From a bacterium (GTDB lineage Bacteria; Electryoneota; AABM5-125-24; Hatepunaeales; Hatepunaeaceae), in the NCBI GenBank assembly GCA_025774605.1, contig JALGVR010000001.1:2634-66633 (forward strand): a DNA stretch of 64,000 bases. The letters run 5' to 3'. This document shows, in pieces, positions 1 to 8,750 of this stretch; position 1 is the first letter of the stretch; each line of letters starts with the position of its first letter. The notes under the pieces were generated by a model. It saw only the letters and a program-made list of their open reading frames with translations. It searched no databases and was not told where the DNA came from. Both the position numbers and the translations under genes were made by a program.

Positions 1-224
1 CTGCGGGATAACCATTACCGCAATGATCTTTATCGGCAGGTGGACGCAAAATTGCTCTTTCTCGAGACAGCCGGAAATTATGCCTTTGAAATCCAGCAGA
101 CACGCCGCTTTAAGAAGAATTACTTCCTTTACGGAACCGACCTTTACGATGCTTTGAACCATGTGCATACGGCGCCGAGATCGTAGCCAACGCCTCCAAC
201 GCCATCGACCAGGAACGCCTGCGC

Positions 225-920
225 GTGCATACCTGGATGAGCACATCCCTTGTCGTGGCCGTAATGCTGCTGATTCTCACAATGCTGTTGGAAGCCTACC
301 TGGCGACGTTCATCACCCGGCAGATTATCCAGCCGTTCGGACGATTTGAGAAATATACCCAGCGGACAGCCGCCGGTGATTTCTCGCTGATAACACCCAC
401 CCGTAAATACCGTGATGAGTTCACCAACCTGGCCATTGCCATCAATCGCATGCTAAAGGAATTGAAGGAGCACGGAGAGCAGCTCATTCAATCACGCAGG
501 ATGGCGGCGATCGGAACCCTCACCGCCGGTATCGCCCACGAGCTCAACAATCCGCTGAACAACATCAGCATTACGACCGAGGCCCTTCTCGAGGAGTTCG
601 ATGAATGGGAGCGGGACGAGAAACTGAAGATGCTGAAGGATATCCACACCCGGGTTGAGCGGGCAAGCGGTACTGTCGCCAACCTGCTGGATTTCACCCA
701 CCGGGACGAAATATCATTTGAGCCGCTCACGATCAACAGCGTTCTGAGATCAACCGTCCGGCTGGTGGAGAATGAATTGGCGATTAATAACATCAAGCTG
801 GATATGGACCTGAAGGAAAATCTTCGCGGGAATGACGGGATGAGTTATAGACTAAAGAGAGAAAGCCCGGACTTGAGGAAAGCCGGGCGCCCGCTGATCA
901 GACAATATTGTCATAGATAA
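225..920 (+). CDS. Sensor histidine-kinase fragment: one TM, HAMP, then HisKA (H-box AGIAHELNNPL). It ends where the HATPase_c domain should begin. GTG start.
   Basis: H-box and dimerisation/phosphoacceptor motif are readable. No N/G1/G2 ATPase boxes before the stop at 920, which abuts convergent speB. A hairpin-like sequence sits at about 880-900. Confidence 0.5.
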   Translation: MHTWMSTSLVVAVMLLILTMLLEAYLATFITRQIIQPFGRFEKYTQRTAAGDFSLITPTRKYRDEFTNLAIAINRMLKELKEHGEQLIQSRRMAAIGTLTAGIAHELNNPLNNISITTEALLEEFDEWERDEKLKMLKDIHTRVERASGTVANLLDFTHRDEISFEPLTINSVLRSTVRLVENELAINNIKLDMDLKENLRGNDGMSYRLKRESPDLRKAGRPLIRQYCHR

Positions 921-926
921 ACCTGA

Positions 927-1772
927 TCACATCATACACAACATAAGATCCCTGACCGCCGTTGCTGCGACTATCGCCGATTCACCGCTCGGATCGTACT
1001 GCGGCGCAAGCTCCACCACGTCGAATCCAACCAGCTTGTGCCAGATCAGCCCATGCACCAGGTGAATGAACTCCCGGTAGGTCAAACCGTTGGGCTCAGG
1101 ATTGCCGACACCCGACATCAGGGAAGGATCGAATACGTCCAGATCGAGCGTCATGTAGAGCGGCGCATTCCGGGGGATCGACTTCAACAGCCTGTCAACA
1201 TCGAGCACACCGCCCTCGTGATCCAGAGGCAGTTCTATACCCGTTTTAATAAATTCGTCGCGCGTTCCCGATCTCACGCCAAGACGGTACAGCCGGTCGG
1301 GTGATATGAAGTCGGTCACGCGGCGCATGGTTGTCGCATGACTGATGCTCTCCCCGAGATATTCATCCCTGTAGTCGGCATGGGCATCCAGTTGCAGAAC
1401 GACCAGATCGGGATAATACTCGACCATCTTCATCACGGCGCCGATGGATATTGTGTGTTCACCCCCCAACAATATCGGTCGCATCTCCCGGTCGTGGATC
1501 TCGGCAACCACTTCAGCAACGCCCTCTATCATACGTTCGACCGAGCCGGGCGCGACGTCAAGATCGCCCAGATCGATATAATCCATATTGGTCAGGTCCC
1601 TGTCCAGGTATGGGCCGAAGGTCTCCAGGCTGTGCGATCCCTCTCGGATGGCCATCGGACCGAATCTTGATCCCGGTCGGTAGGACGCGGTTCCATCGAA
1701 CGGGACACCCACCAGGGCGGCTTCGCCGCGTTCCTGTGCCGGTCGGGCGCCCAAAAACAGACCTGTATTCAT
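927..1772 (-). CDS. speB: Agmatinase (ureohydrolase/arginase family).
   Basis: 281 aa. Mn-binding ureohydrolase motifs (GGDHS-like 'GGEHTISIG', DAHADY, SLDLDVFDP). Operon context with speE, pdaD and speH. Confidence 0.8.
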   Translation of the reverse strand: MNTGLFLGARPAQERGEAALVGVPFDGTASYRPGSRFGPMAIREGSHSLETFGPYLDRDLTNMDYIDLGDLDVAPGSVERMIEGVAEVVAEIHDREMRPILLGGEHTISIGAVMKMVEYYPDLVVLQLDAHADYRDEYLGESISHATTMRRVTDFISPDRLYRLGVRSGTRDEFIKTGIELPLDHEGGVLDVDRLLKSIPRNAPLYMTLDLDVFDPSLMSGVGNPEPNGLTYREFIHLVHGLIWHKLVGFDVVELAPQYDPSGESAIVAATAVRDLMLCMM

Positions 1773-2645
1773 TCATTTCCCCGTTCTGTAAACCACGCGG
1801 CGCAAGTACTCGGGCAGTAAAAACGATCCGCGATGAACATCAGGATTATAATACCTGAGAGTACCTGAAAGTGTGTCGTATCTCACTTTATCCGGTTCAT
1901 GGAAATTTTTTCTCGATTTTGATGCGATGCCCAGTCCCCAGACGCCTGATGGATAGCTTGGCACTTGAGTCAGGTATAGACCGGCATCGTGGAATATGTC
2001 TCGCAAGGTGTCCATTATCATCCCGATCCGCCGGCTGCCGTAGAATGGAGAATCGATCTGGCAGGTCATCAATCCATCGGCGGTCAGGGCGTCGTATACA
2101 TCGCTGTAGAAGGGAGAGCCGAACAGGTCTATCGCTGGACCGACCGGATCAGTGGAGTCGACTATAACCAGGTCGAATTCATTTCGGACGGTTTTAATAT
2201 ACTTGAGGGCGTCGTCAATAACCAACTCAACCCTCGGATTATCGTACGTCTCAGCCGCCCAGGGGAAAAATTCCCGGCAGACGTCTACCACTTCGCGGTC
2301 GATTTCAACCTGAACCGCCCGCTCGACGGTGCCGTGTTTGATGACTTCGCGTAACACACCGCCATCTCCACCGCCGACCACCAGGACTTGCCTCGGTTGA
2401 GGATGAAGCAGAAGCGGCACGTGCGTCAGCATCTCGTGATAGGAAAACTCATCACGCTCGGTCAGCATGATCAGGTTGTCCAATGTCATGACACGACCGT
2501 AGTCCGCGGTGTCGAAGAGCTGGATCGTCTGATATCGGCTACGCCGGCATGCCAGCAGCTCGCCGACCTTCAACATAATGCCCGCGGTGGGAACATGCTT
2601 CTCGTAGAACCAGAACTCGCCGGGGGATACGTCGTCCGTCGTCAT
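1773..2645 (-). CDS. speE: Spermidine synthase (aminopropyltransferase).
   Basis: 290 aa. VLVVGGGDGGVLREV SAM/dcSAM-binding motif and DSTDP motif typical of SpeE. Confidence 0.85.
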   Translation of the reverse strand: MTTDDVSPGEFWFYEKHVPTAGIMLKVGELLACRRSRYQTIQLFDTADYGRVMTLDNLIMLTERDEFSYHEMLTHVPLLLHPQPRQVLVVGGGDGGVLREVIKHGTVERAVQVEIDREVVDVCREFFPWAAETYDNPRVELVIDDALKYIKTVRNEFDLVIVDSTDPVGPAIDLFGSPFYSDVYDALTADGLMTCQIDSPFYGSRRIGMIMDTLRDIFHDAGLYLTQVPSYPSGVWGLGIASKSRKNFHEPDKVRYDTLSGTLRYYNPDVHRGSFLLPEYLRRVVYRTGK

Positions 2646-2662
2646 TCAGCGCCTCATAATCA

Positions 2663-3187
2663 TCACCATAACAGCACGGCCGCCAAGGCTGCGCCGGCAA
2701 CCTGCACCCTGTGCTGCACGGATACACTCTTAAGCTCAGCCATCACCTGACCGCGGTCGGCCAACGCCTGACGAGCCATGTCGCGCACCTTCTCTTCGAG
2801 AATGTCGGCGGGATCATCCGAGCCGCCCTCCATGATCACTCCCGGAGCCGTCCAATCCGCGGGAATTCCCACCGCCACGGCAGCGGAAAGCAGTTCGCTT
2901 TTCCTTGTTGAAACTTTTGAACCAATAGCCGCATAGACAACCGCGCCACCGGGCAGTTCAGCCCTGACGCCGGGCTTTACACCGGGTGGAAGTATGCTGG
3001 TTACCTTCACCAGGTTCAGATCGCCGACGCCGGCGGATCGCAGCGCACGGTCGAATGCATTGAGCGGATGGGTGGCATCCCCGACACCGCTGACAAGCAG
3101 AAAGGACCTGGGAACGCACACCCGGCAAAGAGGATTGACAGAGGTTTCTGCGCGGTTCAGGTTGTCACTTACGAGATCGGTGGTCAT
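2663..3187 (-). CDS. pdaD: Pyruvoyl-dependent arginine decarboxylase.
   Basis: 174 aa. PdaD/AaxB family features (LVKVTSILPPG, small pyruvoyl enzyme). It sits between speH and speE. Confidence 0.7.
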   Translation of the reverse strand: MTTDLVSDNLNRAETSVNPLCRVCVPRSFLLVSGVGDATHPLNAFDRALRSAGVGDLNLVKVTSILPPGVKPGVRAELPGGAVVYAAIGSKVSTRKSELLSAAVAVGIPADWTAPGVIMEGGSDDPADILEEKVRDMARQALADRGQVMAELKSVSVQHRVQVAGAALAAVLLW

Positions 3188-3655
3188 TTACTCTTCCACG
3201 ATCGAGGGTTTGTGCCTGATCCGTCCGCTCAACGGCTTCAGGCGACCGCGGAAGAATTCCCGCACTTCGAAGCGCACGGCACCCAATTCACGGCGCAGAA
3301 GATCGAACCCCTTGTATGGATCGACAACATCGCCGCAGGTGAACAGGTCAAGCGCTGCGTAGCCGTATTCCGGCCAGGTATGAATGGCGAGGTGGGATTC
3401 CGCAATCACCACCACACCGCTGATACCGTGAGGACTGAAGCCGTGGAATACCTCACCTACAACCGTCGCGCCGGTTGCGCTGGCCGCTTCGAGCATCGCG
3501 CCGCGTATGTGCGCTTTATCGTTCAGCAACTCCGGCGAACAACTATAATATTCCACCATCAACTGATGTCCGAGCGCGTTACTGTCGGAGTGGTTCTGTT
3601 CAAGGCCCCGATCCGCGGCCGGCGTATTGTGAAAGATATATTTATTCTCAACCAT
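3188..3655 (-). CDS. speH: S-adenosylmethionine decarboxylase proenzyme (pyruvoyl, SpeH/SpeD type). The start was chosen at the third in-frame Met, MVENKYIF; the ORF extends to 3718.
   Basis: The core aligns to Bacillus SpeH (GHQLMVEYYSC..ISGVVVIAESHLAIHTWPEYGYAALDLFTCGD). The start choice is uncertain. Confidence 0.7.
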   Translation of the reverse strand: MVENKYIFHNTPAADRGLEQNHSDSNALGHQLMVEYYSCSPELLNDKAHIRGAMLEAASATGATVVGEVFHGFSPHGISGVVVIAESHLAIHTWPEYGYAALDLFTCGDVVDPYKGFDLLRRELGAVRFEVREFFRGRLKPLSGRIRHKPSIVEE

Positions 3656-3690
3656 ATGACTACCCTGACGAAGATTGTACATAATCCCGG

Positions 3691-4233
3691 TTAGAAGTAT
3701 GGGGGAGAGGTAATCCATAAAACCGCGGCATGGCCGCGGCCCGGGTTGCTGATTTTGTGCTCTCGATCAGCAGTGAAATAAAAGCTCTGTTCTGCTTTGA
3801 TGCGATAGATCTCACTGCCGTATTGCAGTTGAATCCTGCCGCGAAGTACGTAGCCGTAGTTGTCTCCATTAAACGAGGAACGAAGCGAGGTTGCTTCACC
3901 AGGCGCCAGCTTCAATATCGCAGGCTCCATCTCGCGATTGGTCGCTCCCGGAACCAGGAGCAGCAATTTCCCCGTTCCACCCTCGTCGAGCTCGACCTGA
4001 TTATCGGACGTGAACACTACCTGTTCGCGCGGACCCTCGCTGAAAAAATCCGCCAGGGAGACGTTGAGGGCATCGAGGATCTGCTTCAGACTGTCAATGG
4101 AAATGGAGGTCAAGCCGCGTTCGATCTGCGAGATAAACCCGTCAGTCAGACCGGAGCGGAGCGCGAGCTCGCCCTGTGTCAGTTCGGCCGACTTGCGTAG
4201 ATCCCTGATTTTCCTGCCTATCTCATCGATCAT
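3691..4233 (-). CDS. XRE-family HTH transcriptional regulator with a C-terminal cupin domain. It is the likely regulator of the adjacent polyamine operon.
   Basis: The N-terminus has a HTH_3 pattern (IGRKIRDLRKSAELTQGELALRSGLTDGFISQIERG). A cupin-like C-terminus follows. It is divergent from the AT-rich promoter region at 4240-4640. Confidence 0.75.
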   Translation of the reverse strand: MIDEIGRKIRDLRKSAELTQGELALRSGLTDGFISQIERGLTSISIDSLKQILDALNVSLADFFSEGPREQVVFTSDNQVELDEGGTGKLLLLVPGATNREMEPAILKLAPGEATSLRSSFNGDNYGYVLRGRIQLQYGSEIYRIKAEQSFYFTADREHKISNPGRGHAAVLWITSPPYF

Positions 4234-4642
4234 TTGAAAGAATCATAAGATTAGTTCTTAATATAGGACTAATCCAATATAGCAAACGGGTGTTTTACTG
4301 TCAAGTACTTTCTTCCTTTTCCTGTGATACAAGTCCCAATAAGACTCATCTCGAAGCTTAGCCGTGTAATATCAACATCTTATAATAAATTTCAGATTAA
4401 CAATTAATTAAGAATTAATTTTATTAAAGTCACATCCTGTTTCACGGATTTGTCCCCTTATTTAAAATTTCCATGGTATATTTCGGTATGGATCCCGGTT
4501 CAGCTCTTGCCAGATGATGTATCAATGGTTATATTACCCTCAGGTGGAGACTGGGATTCCCGCTTATGATCGATAACTTGGACTGTAAATCGTATTCCAT
4601 CTCTCACCATTTCAAACCATCACATCAAACTCAGGAGGAGAC

Positions 4643-5716
4643 ATGTCCAGCGCTATTGACATGATAGTCGAGCTGTTGGGCGATAGTTCCGATAACCTGC
4701 TAAATTACAAGTGCACGGCTGTCAAAAAGGAGGACCTCTACCTGCCGGGCCCCGACTATGTTCAGCGGGTTTTTGCAGAGAGTGACCGTCCACCGGCTGT
4801 GTTGCGCAACCTCCAGACCATATATGACCATGGTCGGCTGGCGGGCACGGGTTATCTCTCGATTCTGCCCGTGGATCAGGGGATCGAGCATTCGGGCGGG
4901 GCTTCGTTCGCGCCGAACCCGAGCTATTTCGACCCGGACAAGATCTGCGAACTCGCGCATGAGGGCGGCTGCAACGGTGTGGCTTCGACACTGGGTGTAC
5001 TGGGTGCAGTGTCCCGCAAGTGGGCTCACAGACTGCCCTTCATCGTGAAGCTCAACCACAACGAACTGCTCTCATACCCGAACACCTATGACCAGATAAT
5101 GTTCGCCGACGTCGAGCAAGCCTTCGATCTCGGCGCGGTGGCGGTCGGTGCGACGATATACTTTGGATCGGAGGAATCAAACCGGCAGATCCAGGAGGTT
5201 TCGGAGGCGTTCGCCTACGCCCATGAACTTGGCATGGTCTGCATCCTCTGGTGCTACCTGCGCAATCCCGCCTTCAAGGTTGACGGGGTGGACTACCACT
5301 CATCGGCAGACCTGACCGGTCAGGCGAATCATCTCGGCGCCACCATCCAGGCGGACATCGTCAAGCAGAAGCTGCCCGACTCCAGGCGGGGCTACGAGGC
5401 GTTGAACGACAAGAGCAGTTTCGGCAAGTACAGCGCCAGGATGTACACCGACCTGATGACCGACCACCCGATCGATCTGGTGCGTTACCAGGTGGTGAAT
5501 GGTTACATGGGGCGGGTCGGATTGATCAACTCCGGCGGCGCTTCTGGTGCGAACGACCTGGCGGATGCCTGCATGACGGCGGTACTGAACAAGCGCGGCG
5601 GAGGTATGGGGCTCATCTCCGGGCGCAAGGCGTTCCAGCGCCCGATGGCGGACGGCGTCAAGCTGCTCAACACGATCCAGGACGTCTATGATTGTGAGGA
5701 AGTAACAGTGGCTTAA
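4643..5716 (+). CDS. fbaB: Class I fructose-bisphosphate aldolase (FbaB/DhnA type).
   Basis: 357 aa. Near-collinear with E. coli FbaB ([27 protein letters not shown]..; VKLNHNE; LINSGGA). Confidence 0.9.
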   Translation: MSSAIDMIVELLGDSSDNLLNYKCTAVKKEDLYLPGPDYVQRVFAESDRPPAVLRNLQTIYDHGRLAGTGYLSILPVDQGIEHSGGASFAPNPSYFDPDKICELAHEGGCNGVASTLGVLGAVSRKWAHRLPFIVKLNHNELLSYPNTYDQIMFADVEQAFDLGAVAVGATIYFGSEESNRQIQEVSEAFAYAHELGMVCILWCYLRNPAFKVDGVDYHSSADLTGQANHLGATIQADIVKQKLPDSRRGYEALNDKSSFGKYSARMYTDLMTDHPIDLVRYQVVNGYMGRVGLINSGGASGANDLADACMTAVLNKRGGGMGLISGRKAFQRPMADGVKLLNTIQDVYDCEEVTVA

Positions 5717-5738
5717 AGTCATTCGGCGTGCTCTTCAA

Positions 5739-5768
5739 CCCCCTGCCTGCACCGGCGGGGGGTTTTGA
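5739..5768 (+). terminator. Rho-independent terminator downstream of fbaB.
   Basis: ccccctgcc-tgcacc-ggcgggggg followed by TTTT. Confidence 0.6.
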
Positions 5769-5984
5769 TTCGGAAACTAATCCGCCGGATCACCTTAGCC
5801 TTGCATTTTGATAGATGAATCCGCTATCCTTGCATGTCAGTATGTCAGATGATAACATTTTCGCTGTTCCCGATGGTTTAGCATGAGTTTAAGTCTCAAA
5901 TCGATTTTAAATTGCAGGGTGGACCGGGATGGGGGGATCCGGGACGGCACGGGCTGTTCAGATTTAATAGCGGGGGTGTTTTGT

Positions 5985-6118
5985 TGTCATCCTGAACGCG
6001 TTATAATGTCACCCTGAACGCAGTGAAGGGTCTCAAGCCTGATAAACGAGATTCTTCACTTCGTTCAGAATGACGCATTGCCCTGTTCGGAATGACGCAT
6101 TGCCCTGTTCGGAACGAC
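5985..6118. repeat. Palindromic dispersed repeat (family A). An inverted pair gtcaccctgaacgcagtgaagggtctc / gagattcttcacttcgttcagaatgac is followed by a 22-bp tandem (aatgacgcattgccctgttcgg x2.4).
   Basis: Seen directly. The same 'gtcattctgaacgaagtgaagaatctc' unit recurs at 40093-40226, and degenerate copies recur at 12455-12890. Confidence 0.7.
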
Positions 6119-6157
6119 ATGGAGAAATGCAATTATAAGTTGCCCCGTAACAGGTAG

Positions 6158-7060
6158 ATGAGTCCGGAAGAGAAAATATCTTTGATGACTGAGCGGCTGC
6201 CGGCGGTAAAGGAGCTTGCTGCGGTCTGCAGGCTCTGCCCGCGTGAATGCCTGACCAGGCGCGGCGAGGGGGAACTCGGCGAATGCCGCATCGGATCCGC
6301 GCCTGTCTATTCCAGCGCCGGCCTGCATCACGGCGAGGAACCCCCCATTTCAGGTCAGCGCGGTTCGGGAACCATCTTTCTGACCGGCTGCAACCTCCAC
6401 TGCAGGTTCTGCCAGAACTACCCGATCAGTCAAATGCGCCACGGCAATGAGATTACCGTCGATATCCTCGCCGCGCTGATGCTGGACCTGCAGAACCAGG
6501 GCGCACACAACATAAACTTCGTAACACCCACGCATCAGGCGGCAGCCATATACGAAGCGCTGATAACAGCCTTCAGGAAAGGACTGAATATCCCGCTCGT
6601 CTATAACAGCGGCGGATATGATTCCCTGGAAATGCTGAAGCTCTGGGACGGAATCATCGATATCTACATGCCGGATGCCAAGTATGGCGGGGACGAGCCT
6701 GCCCTGAAGATCTCGAAAGTAAAAGAATATACAAGATTCAACAGAATCGCGCTTAAAGAGATGCAACGGCAGGTCGGTGTGCTTAAATTAGACGATCACG
6801 GCGTCGCAAGGAGAGGTCTCCTGGTCCGGCACCTCGTTCTGCCCGGATCACTCGCCGAATCGAGGGAGGTGCTGCGCTTCATCGCCGAACAGATTTCAAA
6901 GGAAACCTATGTCAGCCTGATGAGCCAGTATTTCCCCGCTTACAAGGCGCTTGATCATGAAGCGCTCAAGCGGCGGGTTTCACGATCTGAATATCTTGAA
7001 GCCAAAACCGCGCTGGAGGAATTCGGTTTGACGAACGGATGGATTCAACCGATATGGTAG
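6158..7060 (+). CDS. Radical SAM protein, PflX-like (pyruvate formate-lyase activating enzyme-like).
   Basis: CNLHCRFCQN radical-SAM CxxxCxxC. An N-terminal extra Cys cluster (CRLCPRECLTRRGEGELGEC) is typical of the PflX/YjjW-like family. Confidence 0.7.
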   Translation: MSPEEKISLMTERLPAVKELAAVCRLCPRECLTRRGEGELGECRIGSAPVYSSAGLHHGEEPPISGQRGSGTIFLTGCNLHCRFCQNYPISQMRHGNEITVDILAALMLDLQNQGAHNINFVTPTHQAAAIYEALITAFRKGLNIPLVYNSGGYDSLEMLKLWDGIIDIYMPDAKYGGDEPALKISKVKEYTRFNRIALKEMQRQVGVLKLDDHGVARRGLLVRHLVLPGSLAESREVLRFIAEQISKETYVSLMSQYFPAYKALDHEALKRRVSRSEYLEAKTALEEFGLTNGWIQPIW

Positions 7061-7141
7061 GCGACCGATCCATGGAAGCCTGACGGGCTGCGGGGACGAA
7101 CAGAAGTGATTTATTGGATGGCGTACTTCATAGTTGGTCTT

Positions 7142-7245
7142 GGCGGGCGGACGTTCCTGTCCGCCCGGGTGGTTGCGGGTGGTAGTTTTTACGGGCAGGA
7201 ATTTCCGCCCTCCAGGTTGCGCCCGGAATATTAATTGCACTCCTT
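7142..7245. repeat. Repeat family C: two GC-rich hairpins (ggcgggcggacgttcctgtccgcccgg; cgggcaggaatttccgccctccagg) followed by ATTAATTGCACTCCTT.
   Basis: A second copy lies at 50236-50300 (perfect palindrome cctggagggcggacaggaatgtccgccctccagg plus an identical 16-mer). Confidence 0.55.
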
Positions 7246-7250
7246 AACAA

Positions 7251-7739
7251 GTGGAACTGAAGATCATTACAATCGAGACCCCCATCGGCAGAATGGGATT
7301 ATTTGCCCGGTCCGGCAAGCTGGAACGGGTTGTATTTCCCAATGACTGCCCGGATATAGGCCAGGACGATGTTAAACGTTCCGGCTTGCGCAGCGATCCC
7401 GCTTTCAGGGACGCGGTGGACCATATCGAACGCTATTTCAGGGGGGAGCATGTCAGTTGGGCAGGCAGGCCGGTTCCGGTGGGCGGCGCTTTTTATTCCA
7501 GGGTATGGGCTGCCGCGGCGACCATTCCGTTCGGCAACACGGTTTCGTACGGTGAACTTGCCGGAATGGCGGGCAATGGACGCGCTGCCCGTGCTGCCGG
7601 GATGGCCATGAAACATAATCCTCTGCCGATCCTGATACCCTGCCACAGGGTTATCGGCTCGGACGGCGGGCTTCATGGATTCGGCGGCGGACTCGACCTG
7701 AAGCGCTGGTTGCTCCGTCACGAAGGTGTGGAGATTTAA
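7251..7739 (+). CDS. ogt: Methylated-DNA-protein-cysteine methyltransferase (GTG start).
   Basis: PCHRV active-site motif. 162 aa. HTH-like DNA-binding C-terminal half. Confidence 0.85.
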   Translation: MELKIITIETPIGRMGLFARSGKLERVVFPNDCPDIGQDDVKRSGLRSDPAFRDAVDHIERYFRGEHVSWAGRPVPVGGAFYSRVWAAAATIPFGNTVSYGELAGMAGNGRAARAAGMAMKHNPLPILIPCHRVIGSDGGLHGFGGGLDLKRWLLRHEGVEI

Positions 7740-7765
7740 GAATGAACAACTCAACATGGTAAAAG

Positions 7766-8614
7766 ATGTTCACCGGAAACATGATGTCACCTAAACGAGC
7801 CTCGATATGGGTGTTGTTCTGGGTGCTGTCAGCCATCGGCTTTTCATGGCTGCTTTTCTATTACTACGACCGCCAGCACCAGCTCGAGTTCCTGACCTGC
7901 TACGTGATCGAATGGTCGCTCTCGCTTGACAACCTGTTCGTCTTCCTGATGATATTCGAAGCGTTCGGTGTCGATGCCCACAAGCAGCTGCGGGTGCTGC
8001 ACTGGGGAATCATCGGCGCCATGGTCTTGAGGATGATCTTCATCATGTTGGGCGTGACCCTGGTAAAGATGTTTGAACCGATACTTTACCTGTTCGGCGC
8101 TTTCCTGATCTTCAGCGCGTACAAGATGGCTTTCAGGAACAAGGGCGAAAAGGAGGTCGGTGACAATATAATGGTCAGGCTGGTGAGGAAACGATTCCCG
8201 GTGACCAAAAACTTTGTGGGCGACGCATTCTTCGTGCGTCGACAGGGATTGACGCTTGCCACGCCGATGCTGCTGGTACTGGTGGCCATCGAGAGCTCGG
8301 ACGTGATATTCGCCGTCGATTCCATCCCCGCCGCCTTCGCTATAACCCGAAAGCCGTTCATCATTTACAGCGCGAACATCTTTGCCATCCTCGGGCTTAG
8401 GTCGCTCTATTTCCTTCTCGCCCACGCCGACAGGATGTTTCGCTATCTGAAGTACGGTGTGTCCATTGTGCTCGCCTTCGTCGGCTTCAAGATGCTCGCC
8501 GGACATTACGTTCATGTAGACCAGTATCTCTCGCTGGGAGTGGTTGTATTCTGTCTCGCCGGCTCCATTATAGCATCCTCGCTGTTTGGACGCGAGTGCG
8601 ACGGGCCTTCCTGA
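7766..8614 (+). CDS. TerC-family integral membrane protein.
   Basis: Multiple TM helices. Conserved TerC motifs (EWSLSLDNLFVF..., AVDSIPAAFAIT). Confidence 0.75.
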   Translation: MFTGNMMSPKRASIWVLFWVLSAIGFSWLLFYYYDRQHQLEFLTCYVIEWSLSLDNLFVFLMIFEAFGVDAHKQLRVLHWGIIGAMVLRMIFIMLGVTLVKMFEPILYLFGAFLIFSAYKMAFRNKGEKEVGDNIMVRLVRKRFPVTKNFVGDAFFVRRQGLTLATPMLLVLVAIESSDVIFAVDSIPAAFAITRKPFIIYSANIFAILGLRSLYFLLAHADRMFRYLKYGVSIVLAFVGFKMLAGHYVHVDQYLSLGVVVFCLAGSIIASSLFGRECDGPS

Positions 8615-8750
8615 TTTCACGCCCCTGTTTAGCAAGAATAATCTCATTTAATTCTTGACTTGATCTGATGAGATGTTTAACTTTCAATTAATTCCGGGCG
8701 GCTTCGTGAACTGCATCCAATCCGTTGTTTTACCCTTTTTGGGAGGATCT

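Noticed and set aside
161-349. 62-aa ORF overlapping the start of the HAMP-HisKA gene in another frame.
   Set aside because: It has no SD or domain and lies out of frame with the supported kinase ORF.
8673-8750. N-terminal extension of the T9SS-protein ORF (MFNFQLIPGG...).
   Set aside because: The signal peptide and the SD (gggagga) support the internal start at 8751.
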